This document shows positions 1-14,690 of a stretch of 64,000 bases of DNA, in pieces. Location of the stretch: the NCBI GenBank assembly GCA_951406725.2, contig OX597829.1:32240001-32304000 (forward strand), in the 5' to 3' direction. The DNA is from Octopus vulgaris (lineage: Eukaryota). Both the position numbers and the translations under genes were made by a program. The number at the start of each line of letters is the position of its first letter. Position 1 is the stretch's first letter. The notes below the pieces were generated by a model. That model made no database searches, was not told the DNA's origin, and saw only the letters and a list, made by a program, of their open reading frames with translations.

Positions 1-120
1 CTCACAAGGTGTATTGATCAACTGGAGGTTTTAATAGAAAACATGAGCTGAAAATGCCATGCTGTGATATTGAGCTTAAATCATGATTATGAAATAAAGT
101 CCCTAACCACACAACCATGC
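1..120 (-). mobile_element. Degenerate 5' part of tRNA-derived SINE family A
   Basis: ctcacaagg...aaccacacaaccatgc is the diverged reverse complement of the head of the copies at 5831 and 18383. Confidence 0.5.
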
Positions 121-289
121 TCTTATTTCTGTTATCAACTATAACAGGTTCAACCATAATGAAGTATATTTTACCTTTTATATTTGACTACTTTTCTAAT
201 GATTCACAAAAGCTTTTCAATACATCAAAAATACCCTGCATTTATCTTGAGACAAATTTTGATTAAAATTGGAAAAATTTGGAGTACAA

Positions 290-595
290 GTGCAAGCATG
301 GCTGTAATGGTAAGAAGTTTGCTTCCCAACCACATAGTTCTGGGTTCAATCCAGCATCACAGCACCTTGGGCAAGTGTCTTCTACAATATCCTTGTGAGT
401 GGATTTGGTAGATGGAAACTGAAAGAAGCCTGTTTGTCCCCTACCACCACTTGACAACTTAACAGTTCAGCCAAAGCAACAAGTAGAATAAGTGCTAGGT
501 AAAGAAAAAAGTACTGAAATTAATTTGTTCAATGAAAATTCTTTACAGCAGTGCCCTGGCACGGTGCAGTTTAGTGACAAATGAGTAAAAGATAT
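290..595 (+). mobile_element. tRNA-derived SINE family A (CORE-like, octopus OR-type)
   Basis: A-box-like TGGCTGTAATGGTAAG, B-box-like GGTTCAATCC, CACCTTGGGCAAGTGTCTT core, GTGAGTGGATTTGGTAGATGGAAACTGAAAGAAGCC shared with many copies in the window. Confidence 0.8.
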
Positions 596-1074
596 TGTAC
601 CAGTTTGGGTTTGTATTGAATTTAACAGAAAATAAGTTAATTAAAAAAAATTCTGCTTAAATTTGCAGAATCTTCTCACCCATGAAAATAAATGTAGAAG
701 CCATACAAAGATAAATGTAAGAAAATAAGTCTTTGAATTTTAGGCATTTCTGAAGTTTGGATTTATTTCATTTAGCACAATGCAAAAATTCTTCTTTGCA
801 TTTTTCTTTATCTCACAAACCTCTTTTTTCTCCTTTCTGTAATTGGCATAAGATTTAAAAAAAAAAAAAATTCTAAAACTAGGTTCTGAAACTTTGCTTG
901 AGGGGTTAAAATGACAAATATTGCCTAAAGATGGTGATATTTGTGAATATCAGCTGCATCTTTGTTTCTGCTTTTACTTACAGTAAAATAAATGCAAGAT
1001 GGATCTCTTTATAATGGGACAAGACTACAAATTGATTGAAGCTGATATTTATATATGAAGCACTTTTTGAGTGT

Positions 1075-1430
1075 TGGGCCTCCCGGAGGCAAAAGTGGTT
1101 TTTGCTGGTGGCATGTGAAGAGCTCCTTTCAAGTGTTTGGCCTCACAGAAGTAATAACCGAGATCTTGGCATTACATCATGCTTGAGAAAACCTATCAAG
1201 CCAAGTAAAATTGCAGTCATGGCAGATACCAGTGTCATGCAAATGGCACTTGTGAAGTGGCCGTAAGTCATCCATTACACTCTTGGAGTGGTTGGTGTTA
1301 GGAAGGACATCCAGCCATAGAAACCATGCCAAATCAGACTGAAGTCTGGTGCAGCCTTCCAGCTTGCCAGCCCTGGTCAAAACACCCAACTCAGACAAGC
1401 ATGGACAACGGATGCTAAATGACGATGATA
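1075..1430 (+). mobile_element. SINE family C (Meta-domain-like, GAT tail)
   Basis: GGTTGGTGTTAGGAAGGACATCCAGCC motif and 3' AAATGACGATGAT; homologous to 18655, 36790 and 47595 copies. Confidence 0.7.
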
Positions 1431-1999
1431 TAATGAGCCAACACTGTATATTAAGCTATCAGTCCCAAAAGGGCCTAGTCATCTGTTGGTAGTTTTGAAC
1501 TCAGAGCATAAGGCAGTAATTCTCAATTTTTTTCACTTGGTGGTGCACTAGACATCAAATATAAAAAAGACTGTATAGAAAGTTAAAAATCACTAGTGCA
1601 TTTTGTGTGGAAAATTAAATTGTTTACAGTTATTAATTTAGAAAAGAAAAATACAGAAAACTAGTTTACTTCGTTTTACCAGTCACATTTGTGTAGAAGC
1701 AAAATGTTTTTCAAGATACTCAAGCAATTATGAATTTTCTAAAGCCTTAAATCCTATTTTAAAAAACCCAACCAAACAAACAAATCCAAGGCACATCTAG
1801 ATATCCTTTGCAGTGTTTTACAACTACTGGCATAGCAGGATGTAACTAAATACTGAAAAGCATTTTGTTTTCTGAGGTACTGTTTCCACTGCTTTCAATA
1901 TTATCGTCTTAATGTCTTCTTTTTGGTGCTTGCTTGGGTCAGATGGAATTTATTGGAGATTTTCTACTGTTGATTTTTTTTTCCTGTTGCCAGTCCTTG

Positions 2000-2298
2000 T
2001 TTCCAACCAAGCTAGGTAATATTTTCCCGTGGCAGACTTGTTTTTGCAGGATATGAGAAATGAATGACCACACCATGTACAATAGTGACACTCATTTGCA
2101 TCTATCACACAATGGCGCACACATGCACTCTCATCCATACACACACACACATGCGTTCCCTTCTGTTTACCAAATTCACTCACAAGTCTTTGGTTAGCCT
2201 GGGACCATAGAAGATGGTCACTTTTCCAAGTGGGGCTGAGACTGAAAACATGCAGTTGGAAAGCAAACTTCTTAATTACTAAGACATACCTGCACCTA
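2000..2298 (-). mobile_element. SINE family A variant
   Basis: TTCTGTTTACCAAATTCACTCACAAG...CATACCTGCACCT = reverse complement of family A head; alternative 3' body shared with 20470-20770 and 24100-24440. Confidence 0.65.
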
Positions 2299-2813
2299 TC
2301 ATGTAAATAATTATTATAAACAACTGGATAAGAAATTGGATGTCTAAGTTCTGTGAAAGACTTAACTTGCTAATTGCAAGAGTGTTAGATTAGTTTAGAT
2401 ATAAATCTTCTTGGTATGTTCAATGTTTGCCTTCAGTTCAGAGACATCACTTTTCAACTCTCCATCTACTCTCAGATGAAGAGCAAGGTCTGGTATTTTA
2501 GATTCTACACCTATCATGGCAAACGAACTTCTTGAAGTCTTGTATTGACTAATTTGTTGTGAATGGAATGGAAATGATCACCATTTCCTTAGATTTCAGA
2601 TTTTACTCTATTCTTAATAGTTTCAAGAAAGCTTGATGCTTTGGTGATTTTTTATTTTTTTTATTTTCATCTTGCTGATTTGTCTTGTTGGGTTGTTATT
2701 ATTATACATGTGGCACTCCTCTCTTTTTAATCTTAATTTCTCAACAGTAAACTGTGCTTTTTATTGTGGAAATTTTTTCATACTTTCATCAGTTTATTTG
2801 ACAACCAGTCTTT

Positions 2814-2815
<2 letters not shown>

Positions 2816-2856
<41 letters not shown>
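2816..2856. repeat. (GA)n microsatellite
   Basis: Perfect GA dinucleotide run. Confidence 0.95.
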
Positions 2857-2862
<6 letters not shown>

Positions 2863-4867
2863 AAAAAATATAGAACTGTCTGAATGTCCAATTTTGAAAG
2901 TTCTTCAGATAAGTGCAGTATGTTGCATATTTTTTGTACAAGTGACTTAAGAAAATGACTAGGAACTTTGGTTTGGTTGCAAAGCATTTAGTGGAAGTAT
3001 GAACATGTTGAAAATGAGAGTTCTAAATATTAACTATAAGCTGGTTAAAGATTCTACAAGATTATGGCAGACTTTTTAAGACAAATGCTAGGATATTTCA
3101 GTCAAGTCTTACAGAGCTAGGCTTCACTGATAAAATGAAGATTAGCCAGAGTGTGAGTCACATTCTTATCTAAAATTGTTAAACCCATGTTAACAGTAAA
3201 AAGTTATATTCACAGTATTAACTACCAAAGTATGTGTAAACTGCAATCTCTGCAGAATTGAAATAACTTCTGGATAATCATGTGATTTTTCAAAAAACTG
3301 TAGTTACTCATATTGTTTGTTTCTCCAAGCAACATGCTGCTTTGCTATTCAGAAATCATCAGTCTGAATATACAGAACATTATGTAAAATTGTATTTACA
3401 CAATTTATTTCCAAGTGTACAGTTGTTTTTTTTTCTTTTTTTTTTTGCTGATATACATAGTCAGTAGCTATAAACATTTAAATTAAGATGACATAAGGTA
3501 TATAATATATATTGCAAATCTATTACTGACTATTACACACTATGAAAATTTTTTTTTTTTCAAATGGTACACTTAGAAGTGTGGATCAAATTGCTTGTGT
3601 GCTGGATTTATTGATCACATTTGCTTCTCTCCAGACATGTAGGGTTAATTGCATGTCTGATGTAAATATCTAAATATGTAAAAACTGGCATTATTGGTTA
3701 ACATAAAAATGATAAATTTTATTTTCTGGAGGACTTAGATGTGACACACCCACTTGGATATCTGCAATTAACATTTTGGTGGAACATTTCCATTTTAAAA
3801 CATCTTAATGTTTTTGCTAATTGCTAATCACAAGAAGCATTTTCTGTAACTGTGTGCCAACTCTGCAAGCTCTTAAACAATGAGGATGGTGTGGCGTGGG
3901 TTTTGTGTGTGTGTGTGTGTGTGGGGGGGGGGGGGTTGTGTTTAATCAAAATTTAGCAGCACTGTAGTTTACAAGATTTTTTTTTCTCCTTCAATATATC
4001 TTCAAACTATGTATGAGAGACTTAAGACTATTCACTACAGGAACTTTGACTTTTTGGTCCAAAGAACCAAATGCTACTTTGTCTCGGTTTTAATTGTCTG
4101 GAAAATAGCAGTCATTACTGAGAGATTAACATGTGATAGTCTTGTTCATGTAGTAGTAGTTTCTCTTATTCAATTTAATGTCACTAATATCAGACTAAAG
4201 TGCCAATGCCATTAACACCCACACACCCACAGGTTTTGTGAAATGGAACCATTGTGGACTACAGAGCTATTTGTGAAAAGGAAGTTTCCTTTTTCTTTAA
4301 GTTTCTTAAACTAATTATTTTGCAGTACTATCATTCTGGTGGGTGGAGTGGGAGGAAGAACTGCTTCTGTTCTAACGAGTTTGAGTGTTTTTTGTTTCTT
4401 ATTTTGTTTTTAAGTATGTCAGAAACTAATGAAGCTTGGACTTTTTTTTTGTAATCATTAATAACTAAGCTATTTGGATATTGAAGTATGTATCCTAGCC
4501 CTAAAGATGAACTTTGGGTGGCAGAAAAAAAGAAAATCAACTTTATATGAAACACAAAAATACAATGAAAGTACTTTCACATAGTCATATGCCAACATGG
4601 TATCTTTCAGATATTAGCAACGTTAACTGTACAAAGTACATTTAAATACAGACCATATGTTTAGGGAAAAATCATTTTCATTCATTTACATTTTTCATAG
4701 TAATGTGGCAAATATTTCTTAAGCTTTATATATTATTTTTTAATTCATACTCACAATGTAGGGACATATTTAGAGATCCACAGATGACCAGCTGCAGTGG
4801 GTTGTTAGTTCAAATCCTTTTACTAGTATTGCTTATGCTGTGTAAATATGTATAAATTTAGGTTACT

Positions 4868-5072
4868 ATTGTTGTTTAGCCCCAGCTCTGGTTCCGTAAA
4901 TTTAAGTTCAAAGGCATTCCAGCTATGACAACCCTCTTTGTTGTTTTATTTTTTTAGCATAGAGTAAATTTAAGATCTGAGTTTTCAGTGTCTTTTTCTT
5001 AAAGATGGTAGAGTGTGATCTGGAGTTTGGTTGCTATTTCTAGCAAGTTGAATAGGTGCATAGAAGCTCCCT
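4868..5072. mobile_element. Interspersed repeat family D (probable SINE); related pieces at ~7215-7290, ~8930-9140, ~19150-19325
   Basis: Shared motifs TTGTTGTTTAGCCCCAG...GGCATTCCAGC and GATTTGGCTGCTATTTxTAGCAxGT...CATAGAAGCT, seen in both orientations. Confidence 0.5.
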
Positions 5073-5830
5073 TTACAACTCCTTGTATGACTGGCAGATG
5101 TTTCTTGTGATTTCAGAGCTTTTGAATATGGGTATGGTTCTGCTTGGAGAGAGCTGGATGTTACTCATCTTGGTGGACCCTACCCTAGATACCCTATGTG
5201 GAGTTCATCTGTTCTGATGGAACCCATCTTAGTTACATGTATGTATGTGCCTGTGGAACATTGAGGTACATATATTAGGTCATATAGAACTCACATATAC
5301 AGTTCATAAGTTTAGATATAGGTTCTGTATACATAAGATATGCTCCCATTTTAAAACCTCCTTTAACAAAGACAGATTACGAATCTCATTTTATGGTACT
5401 GTGGTTACCACTGGAGGAGATAGTTCTGTTTAGTAAACAAAGTGAGAAGCTTGTACATATTGCTTGGATTAGTTTACTTATTCATTATTCTTCAATGGGT
5501 CTCTCCTCTGTTTCATCACAAGATGCATTGAGACACGCACACACACATTGAGACAAACGACCTTTCTGTTGCACATGGTTTTTAACTGTCTATTTTTTGG
5601 GGTGGGAGAAGGAATAGAATTTGGCATTTGATTTATAACCCCATCATATTACATGGTGTATAGAATATTTGGAGTTAGAATAAAGGTTAGCATGCTGAAT
5701 TTTAACTATGGAAATATCTGAAACTGTATGTGTGTGTAAAATTTAAATTCAACTGTTTTTTAATGGGAGTGGTTTTACATATGTGTTTATGAATGTGTGT
5801 GGACACATACATACATATATATATATATAT

Positions 5831-6170
5831 AGGCACATGAGTGGCTGTGTGGTAAGAAGCTTGCTTCCCTACCACATAGCTCCAGGTTCAGTCCCACTGC
5901 GTGGCACCTTGGGCCAACCAGAGCCTTGTGAGTGGATTTGATAGACAGAAACTGAAAGAAGCCCGTCATGTATGTGTGTCTTCCCACTCCAATCCCTTGA
6001 CACTAATGTTGGTGTTTGCGTCCCCGTAACTTAGTGGTTCAGCAAAAGAAACCAATAGAATAACTACTAGACTTACAAAGAGTAAGTCATGGGGTTGATT
6101 TGATCAGCTAAAGGCAGTGATCCAGCATGGCCACAGTCAAATGACTGAAACAAGTATAGGAATAAAAGAA
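5831..6170 (+). mobile_element. tRNA-derived SINE family A, near full length
   Basis: GGCACATGAGTGGCTGTGTGGTAAGAAGC head through CAGCATGGCCACAGTCAAATGACTGAAACAAG tail. Confidence 0.88.
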
Positions 6171-8271
6171 CATATATATAGTCTCATCATTTAACATCCA
6201 TTTTCCATCCTGGCAGGAGTTAATGAAGACAAATATACTGTTTGAAATGGATGAAGTTGTTCAAGTCTGTATTATTCTAGAAAATAATTCAAGCCAGAAA
6301 AATGGAAGACCTAATTACAATCTTATCTATGGAACTGAAAATCGGTCCAAATTGTAAAAATAATTTTAAAGTCACTATGAAAAATTAAAAACTGTCAATT
6401 GCATATTAAAGAAAAAATATATATATTTAATCTACAGAGAATTTATTAATAAAGAACAAAAACATAAATGATTTTGCATTGTTAAAACCTAAATTTTAAT
6501 CTTATTTTATGATCAGCTTATCTATAAATTAGTGAAATGGATTTGTCATATTTCAGCTTTGTAGTAATTTAAAGGCAGAAAGAGTTATAGAAACCTGCTT
6601 AGTTAACTACAAAGTGTATAATAATCTAATCATTATATACTTTTTGATAATTTTAAAATGATTTGAGAATACATGAATTTCAGTTGCCAGGTGAAAATGT
6701 TTTTGTTGGGGTTTATGCACATAACAAAGTGGCCAATAAACATTGTTGGTAAAGTGTCGATATGAGATTTAATCGATGCTCTGGTAATATATGGCTATTC
6801 AAATGGATAACAGTAAATTTTATTCATGATCTGTTCAAATATCTGGATAAAACTATGGTATGGATTTAATAACATTGTTACTGACACACACAAGCATTTT
6901 TGTTTTATACAAAAACATGGAAGTGCTCAATATATGTTGAGCAAGTGTCCTGTACTATAGCTTCAAGTTGACCAGTGCCTGTGAGTGCTTCAGTGTCATT
7001 ATGAGGGTAGATTTAGACAGACTTATAGAGATTTATATTAAACTGAACAAGTTTAATGCCCAGTAAAGATGATTTCACATATGCATCTGGCTAATGTTTT
7101 TGTCTTGGATCTCAGAATGGTTGCAATTGAATAAACCAATGACAAAGGTGCCTGATGTCCCCCTCCCCAGACATTGTCTCTGGGTCTAAATTATCCAATG
7201 TGTACTATGTTTATAATGTGGTAGGGTGTCATGCAAGGGAGATTTGGCTGCTATTTATAGCAGGTCTGAGCAACCGCATAGAAGCTGTCTTAACTCATCA
7301 TAGGTGGCTTGGTTTTGAAATTTGAAAACTTTTACCTATAGTTTAGAGTTCAAACTTTTCCAAAGAAGTTTTGAGTTATTCATATTACCCATTTTAATGG
7401 AACTTGAACAAATGGATCATGGAAATTGGAGTTCCTATTTTAAATGAATGATGAAGGGGTGTGGTTTAATTACCAATATTTGGCTTCTGACTGTGAATCC
7501 TGCATTTTACAGGTTCCTCTATCTATGAAAGTTAGTGATTAGTGTAATAGATCAGGTTCACTTTCAGTACCTAATTCATAACTGCTGCAGTATTCTGCTC
7601 CGGTTATTTCACATTGCAGTGAGAACTATTATTTCAAGCTAGTCATTGACATAATAGAACTAAGGAATCTTAATTGGTCACAAAATTAATGTTGAATAGA
7701 AGTGATCTGCCATTCATCAATATATATAAACTAAAGTAAAATAATGGATTTGGTGCAGATGGCAGAGTACTGTGGACAAACTTTACCACATGCAAAATAT
7801 AATGGTCTTCACTCCCTTTTGAACTATCAAGTTATATCTTATGCTTGCTTGGTTTTATCTTCTTCAGACAACATAACTCAATCTTTTTTTTCTCGGGATT
7901 GCAACCCCTTGGAACCTCTTCCTCTCCCATGATTTTTGTTTTTCTTACAGGCAGTGGAGTGAAGAGGTTCAAGGTGAACATTATTTATATTGATCCCACA
8001 AATATGCTTCGGACACTACACCTGTTCATGAAACTAAATAATAATGATGATGATAATAATAATGACATTTATAATGATGAGGGTAAAGCTATGTTTTGGA
8101 AGTGAAGAATTCAGTGTGTAGGCCCAGATCTTGACTAGAACTTATTTTCATTTCCAAAGGATGAAAAGTTGTCAATTTCAGCAAGATTCTAACTAAAAAT
8201 GTAAAAGGGATGCAGGGCATATGAACTGATGATTTACTATTGCTAATCAACTGATCTTGATATAACAGCAA

Positions 8272-8670
8272 TAATAGTCCTTTTTACTATAGGCACAAGG
8301 CCTGAAATTTGGTGGCAGGGGCCTAGTTGAGTACATTGACCCCACCAGTGCTCAACTTATACTTAGTCAATTAACCTTGAAAGAATGAAAGGCAAAGTTG
8401 GCCTCTGTGGAATTGGAACTTAGAACATAAAGATGGATGAAATGTTGCTAAGCATTTTGCCCAGCATGCTAACGATTCTGCCAGCTCACTGCCCTTGATT
8501 TTTGCTTTAGGCACAAAGTTCACAATTTTGAGGGGAAGGGTGTCAGTCAGTACTATTGATCACAGTACTTGACTGACACTGAATCCAGTGTGATGAGTTG
8601 ACCTCAGTGGGATTTGAACTCAGAATGTTAATTGAAGCAAATACTGCAAAGCATTTTTTCCAATATTGTA
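8272..8670 (-). mobile_element. Two adjacent SINE family B copies (Nin-domain-like)
   Basis: GAATGAAAGGCAAAGTTGGCC...GCTAACGATTCTGCCAGCTCACTGCC is the reverse complement of the copy at 44958; a second diverged copy follows at ~8500-8670. Confidence 0.7.
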
Positions 8671-9154
8671 ACTAATCTACCTAACCAATCATAAAAATTG
8701 ACATTTTAAAAAATAGTACATAGTCACATTTTTGGCATGTATTAAAAATGTTTAGAAGTCATAGATTTAGAAATTACTGGTTGAGATTTTTAATAGCACC
8801 TTATTCATTTTGACTGCCAATAATATTTAGTTATGTTTCTGACACCCTAGACAGAAAGAAACCCTACAATGATATCAGTTAACTATATCTCCTACCTTTA
8901 CAAGAGGTATCCTCTATTCACCTAATAAACAGAAATACCAACAGCAAATTTGGGAGCTTCTGTTATCACTCACCCTGCTAAAAATGGCAAAAACTTTCAA
9001 CCTTACACTCATAATTAAGGAAAGAACATAATAGATGATGCAATCATGTGTCCCCCTCCCAGCTACTTGCAATGGTTACTGTTGGAACATCTTTGATCGT
9101 AGTCTTCTATTTGAATAAGGCTGACCAGGGACTGAGCAACAAAAGACACTCATG

Positions 9155-9515
9155 CCTGCAGGTGTGGCTTTGTGGTAAGAAGTTTGTTTCATAACTACGT
9201 GACCCTGGGTTCTGTCTCACTGTGTGGAACATTGGCCAAGTCTCTTCTACTATTGCCTTGAATGACCAAAGTCTTGTGAGTGGATTTGGTAGACAGAAAC
9301 TGAAAGAAGCCTGTCGTGGTGTGTGTGTGTGTGTCTGTTTGTCCCCCAACATCACCATCACTTGACAACTGGTATTGGTGTGTTTATGTCCCTTAAACAG
9401 TTTGGTAAATGAGACTGATAGAATTTACAAAAAAGTACTGGGGTTGATTCATCCGACTAAAATCCTTCAAGGTGGTGCCCCTACATGGCTGCAGTAAAAT
9501 GACTTAAATAAAAGG
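9155..9515 (+). mobile_element. tRNA-derived SINE family A with internal (TG)n
   Basis: Collinear with the 5831 and 42697 copies. Confidence 0.85.
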
Positions 9516-9597
9516 TAAATGAATTTCTCCTTTAAGGGTACCAGAGAGAATAGATTGGTTGCCGTGACTTAATTGCTAGTCTAAATGTTTGAATGCA

Positions 9598-9633
9598 GGC
9601 ATTCTTCATGTTACTGGCATTCTTCATGTTACT
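9598..9633. repeat. 18-bp perfect tandem duplication
   Basis: GGCATTCTTCATGTTACT x2. Confidence 0.9.
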
Positions 9634-12600
9634 GAAATGATGTGAAATGTTTGTGGAAACATGGACTTCTGTAAAATGAAACTGAATTTCATTTGACTGC
9701 CATGTTACTTGTATATTATTGGGGGAAATTTGACATTTCATGATGAAGCAAAATTTTCAAGAACACAACACATCTGTACCATCAGGGATGTCTGTGTTTA
9801 GTTTTGTTATTATTCAAGACACTTTATACTTATCTTTCATCCCTCCTGGTAAGATAAAATAAGTACCTGCAATGTACACTCACCTTCCATATACAAAATG
9901 ATCTTTCCATTCAAAAGAAAGGAATATTCTTCATTGTTTCAATATTGAGCCTAAGGTAATATATCTTTTTAGTTTCTTATTGATTTTTATTGTATTTCCT
10001 CCATTCCAACTATTTATTTAGATTAATATTTGGTAGCAGGAAAGATATTAAAATCTGTTGGTTTCATTTGATATTATGAAACAACAAATTCTATATTAGA
10101 TGTATGGCAGACACAATAAGGTTTGACGTTAAATATATTGCAAAATTTAATTTCATTCCAGTTTTGTGTTCAACTTCACTTTTATTTTTCTTATCTCAAT
10201 AGAATTAAAAAAAAAATGCATATATTGAAATTGATTCTTTCAAATTTTTGATGTGAGCCCATGTAAAAGCCATTATAACCATCCTGTTTTGAAATACTAT
10301 GTAGCTTTTTAAAATTTAATTATATGAATTTTTTGATCAATTAGTTTGTACATATCAACACAACTCATTTTGTAAATTATGTAGATCCAGCAAATATTTA
10401 AGCTCAGACTATTTTGCTGTGTTTGTAAAAGAACTGGAATTATGTCATTTCATGTTTCTTGGGGTTTCATATTCTTTGGGTTTCAAAAGAATTTCTAGGA
10501 TTTAAATCTTATTCTAGAGAGAAATGATATATTATTCCATATTTATGATATTTAGACACATACTTCTGAACACAGCTAGATATTTGTTATAATGCTTCTC
10601 AGCATAGACGGTAATACTCCTTTGGGTGTGCTTTAAGGTCATAAAGGTGCATCATATATCATTTGGGTGCTGAGGGATTTTGTTTGGTATTTAAAAGGGT
10701 CATAATTTTCCTTAAAATATATAAACTGGATACAATAATTATATTTGAAACATATTTAAAAAAAAAAAAAGTACTTGAGATTACAATAGGAGTTGGATGT
10801 TACCAGTGAGCAGAAATGTAAGCAATGTCTGAAGCAAGGTCCAATATCTCGTTACATTCATTCATTCTCGATACATTTTTGTGATTTCAACAAATTTTTA
10901 CAAAGCAACAGTAGTCTACACAAATATCTTAAGGGACATATGCTGTATAGGATGATATAAGAATGTGATAAACCTCTGCACGAAATTAACTTTGATTTGG
11001 TTAAAATAAGCATTTTTGAGTGGTGGGTGTGGGATGGGTGTTCTGAAATACTATATGGTGAAAGAGGCTCACTGCACCATATTAGTGATGTCACATTGTC
11101 TTCACTAGGTAGATATATCCTTGGATTTATTAAAGTTCAGAAACTAGAAGTTATGATCTGCATATCTTTCACAAGAATATTTTCATGGTGAAATTGAAGT
11201 GATGTATCCTTGAAGATGTCCATTGTAACTTTGTAGATTTGGTTATAAACTGGAGCATAATTTGTTATAAACTCTACCATTGCCCACATCCAGTATTGTT
11301 TCTTTGATTATGGAGTAAGGTGGAGGATAAGTAATAAATGAATACTCTTGTAACTATATTGGCTACTGTATTTTGATGATTTTAGTTGTTTTAACATTTG
11401 ATATCCTGTGTAATGATAATAGACCAGATTTAAGTTGGATTGTATTTCCTAGTAAGATAAAAAATATTACTCACAAATAATCAAGAATTATTCTGCCTCA
11501 TGTGCTTGACAACATTATTTAATCAGTAGGTTATAGAAATACATTCCCTTATCATGATATGATATCTGATATCACCACAGTATAGCTGTAACACTCATGA
11601 AAAGAAAAGAATGGACATTACATTTTATCTTATCTTTCTTAATGCTGCTTGTGTCACAGTGAAACTTGAAATATATTGCTTGTGTCTACATAAAACATAT
11701 ACAAAGGAATCATCTTTAGTTTCTTTTTGCTCTTGTGTAGTTAGGCAAGCTTTAAATCAGATCCGATAATTCAGTTTGTAGGTAGTTCAGACTGTTGGTT
11801 TACTGACTGCATGTTCACAAGTTTAATTCTTACTTAATCAGGTATTGCATTTTGTTTCAAGTCATCATTCTTTCAGCCTCTTTTGTTTTAATAACAATCA
11901 GAAAAGTGATTAATAGTAAGAATGATGGACATGGTAGGAGAAACTGCCCAATGATGTATAGATGTACTATACTATATTCCTGTAGTGCTTCTATGGGAAC
12001 AAAACAAAAACAACAAAAAAATATTGATAATTATAATAATGATTAATGTCACATGAGCCATATAGTTTATAGGAGAGATAGTTAATTGAACCAATTCCAT
12101 TATGTCAAGCATTTGTTCTTGTCTTACATAAATGCAAGTTGACTTTGGTGGAGATTTTGTGTCAGTGAGAATTTTAAGTTGCAAATTATAAAAGTGCTTC
12201 ATATAAACGCACACTTTCATTTGAAGTGTGTGTGTATAGTGCCCTTTCTCTCTCTTTTGCTCATTATTTGTTTTTAGAATTTTGTTTGATGTTTACCATT
12301 CTCCTTTTTTTTTTCTAGTAAAGTCTGAGAAAATTTAGAGAATTGTCCAACTCCAATTCTGCATAATTTTAAATATATCTTCAAATTTTTCAAGGCTTCT
12401 TTTGTAAGTTATAAACATAGATACCAAACTCTGAGTGTGTGTATATGTGTGTATACAAACACACACACACACATGTATATACTATGTTTGTGTGTGTATG
12501 TATGTATGTGTGTATATATATATATATGTGTGTGTGTGTGTATGTGTATAGTATTTTAATAAAATCTGGGTAAAAAGAGATCTTATTGAATGCTTTCCAA

Positions 12601-13174
12601 AGTTCCTTTGTGGGTATTGACTACTAAATGCTTTCATATAGTGAGACTTCTGCTCTAGATGAACATGTAGAAATCCATAAATATCCATAGAGTATATACC
12701 AAAATATTAAGAGATGGACTGAACATGCTTTATTACATGTAGAGTAAAAAGCCTTTTACTCTACTCAACTGCAGAGATGCATGTCACTATTACTGAGTGA
12801 TATTATTTAATGCAATATTATTTATAATATATGTAACATTCAACAATGAACTGCTGGATGATGTGTTGAAATAATTATAGTGATATGTAATATAGCATGT
12901 TCAATCCATCTTATAATATCTATCTATAATGATTATTGCTAAAAACAATTACTCCAACAGACTAGTTATAAAAAAATGTCACTTCCCTAGATGTAGAGAT
13001 CAGTATAAAGAGGGACAGACAAATGAGCAGAAAATCTCTCACTAAAAGATATAGTAGGGTATGTGAAGTGGTACTGATGGTTAAGCACAAGTTGGAAGAG
13101 TTGTGGTGCTGATAGCAGAAGTAATAATAAAAATGCTGGTGATGATCATGTGGTTTGTTCATTTCTCTACTTTA

Positions 13175-13378
13175 TCTGGTAGTTATATCCACCTACCATT
13201 TACTGGTCATATATGTTTCTAGTAATATACAACCGCCTCTCTTGTTGGCAGTAATATACAGCCCCTTTCCCTGTTGGTAGTAATATACAACCCCCCTCCC
13301 CAGTAGATAATATACACCCCTCCACCAGTTGTGGCTATAGACACTTCATCTCAGCTGGTGGTAATATATACAAATCCC
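13175..13378. repeat. Degenerate ~28-30 bp minisatellite
   Basis: Recurring (GTTGG)TAGTAATATACAxCCC unit, about 6 copies. Confidence 0.7.
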
Positions 13379-14149
13379 TATTAATATATTTCTCTGAAAC
13401 TGAGCAGAAGACTTCTTTTTAGAAATGAAATCTCTAGTCAATTTAATCAGTATAATTACTACTTGTGCTTATTTTGACACTGCAGAATGACCATGGTAAA
13501 ATTTTTAACTGAGAATACTGAGGGATCAAAACTAGCTGCTGTCGAGCATTTAATCCATTTAGCATTCTATACTTCTGCTGTACTATAACTTTTAGTAGTA
13601 AATAACTTCATCCAAATAAGTTTTTATTTTCTAGCATTACAGAACTTGCAGAAAGTGGAACATAGCAATGTTCTACATTATGCTAATTTTTTTTTTTTTA
13701 AAACAAATTTTGAAATTAAACCCTCCTTCCCAGAAATACATAAGAAATAAAACAGTCCTGGGTTTTATTTTTAGAAGTTTTTAGCCCCTAATGTATCTTG
13801 CTGAAATTTCTTCAGCTGACAGTTTTAATACTGTGGTGGTGATAGTAGTAGTAGTAGCAGCAGCCATTGCTAATTTCTACAGTTTTTTCTTTATTTCATT
13901 TTTCTTTATTTCTTTGTCACCTTTCTTTTTCCATTTCTGTCTTTACATTTTGTTGCTCTTTCTTTTGTGTGTCTTATACTAGAAAACTTTTAATTTCTTC
14001 TGTCAAGACAATTTTTAGGTCAAATCTTAACAATATTTTCACTTGTTACTGTTCTTTACAATGGCTACATTTGCTGCTCTGTTTTTATTCAGTTAGCCCC
14101 AACTGTTCTCTTTCTCTCTCTTATTCCCTCTAGAATGATTATTCTGTGT

Positions 14150-14690
14150 ACTTAGGCCTGAACGTTGTGGTTCAGTTTGTATAGTTCAGCATGTCCTGAG
14201 TGATTTCCATTCAGAGTTGCTTCTCCTGCTCTGCCAGCACTTTAGGGATGAATTTTGCTGACGCTCTATGTATGCACTGATCTTGTACTTGTTCCCACTT
14301 TGTAAGCAATTTTCTTGATTTTTACACAAGTCTTCCATGACTGTTTGCTGAACCTTCTCAGTTGACTCCTTGTTTTGGCTTATGGATGGCCTGCCTTAGT
14401 GTGCCTCATTCGCCACTGAGATGCTGTCAAGTTTGAAGCAGTTGTAGCACTCCTTGAGCTGAGATATTTTAGCCATGGAATCATCACCAAAGGCATGCTG
14501 AATCTTGTAGATGGTTTGAGCTTGAGTATCACCAAGCTTTTGGCAAAACTTGATGTAATATCTCTGCCCACTGCATTTGGTCATCTAGCATGAAAACCAA
14601 AATTTGACAACTGTACCCTATACGCCTGTATTCTAGGTTTAACAGCCAAGAATTGACACGGCCTACTGGCATGATTTCTTTTATAACAAT
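14150..14690 (-). mobile_element. Mariner-type transposase relic (N-terminal HTH)
   Basis: QRYYIKFCQKLGDTQAQTIYKIQHAFGDDSM is a typical mariner N-terminus; frameshifted downstream; TIRs not recognised. Confidence 0.75.

Noticed and set aside
184-13982. Numerous 60-90 aa ORFs in the track
   Set aside because: Low-complexity or SINE-derived translations with no splice or homology support.
13880-14020. Long pyrimidine tract followed by a possible 36-nt exon 13983-14018
   Set aside because: Weak donor GTCAAA and in-frame TAG; no other support.
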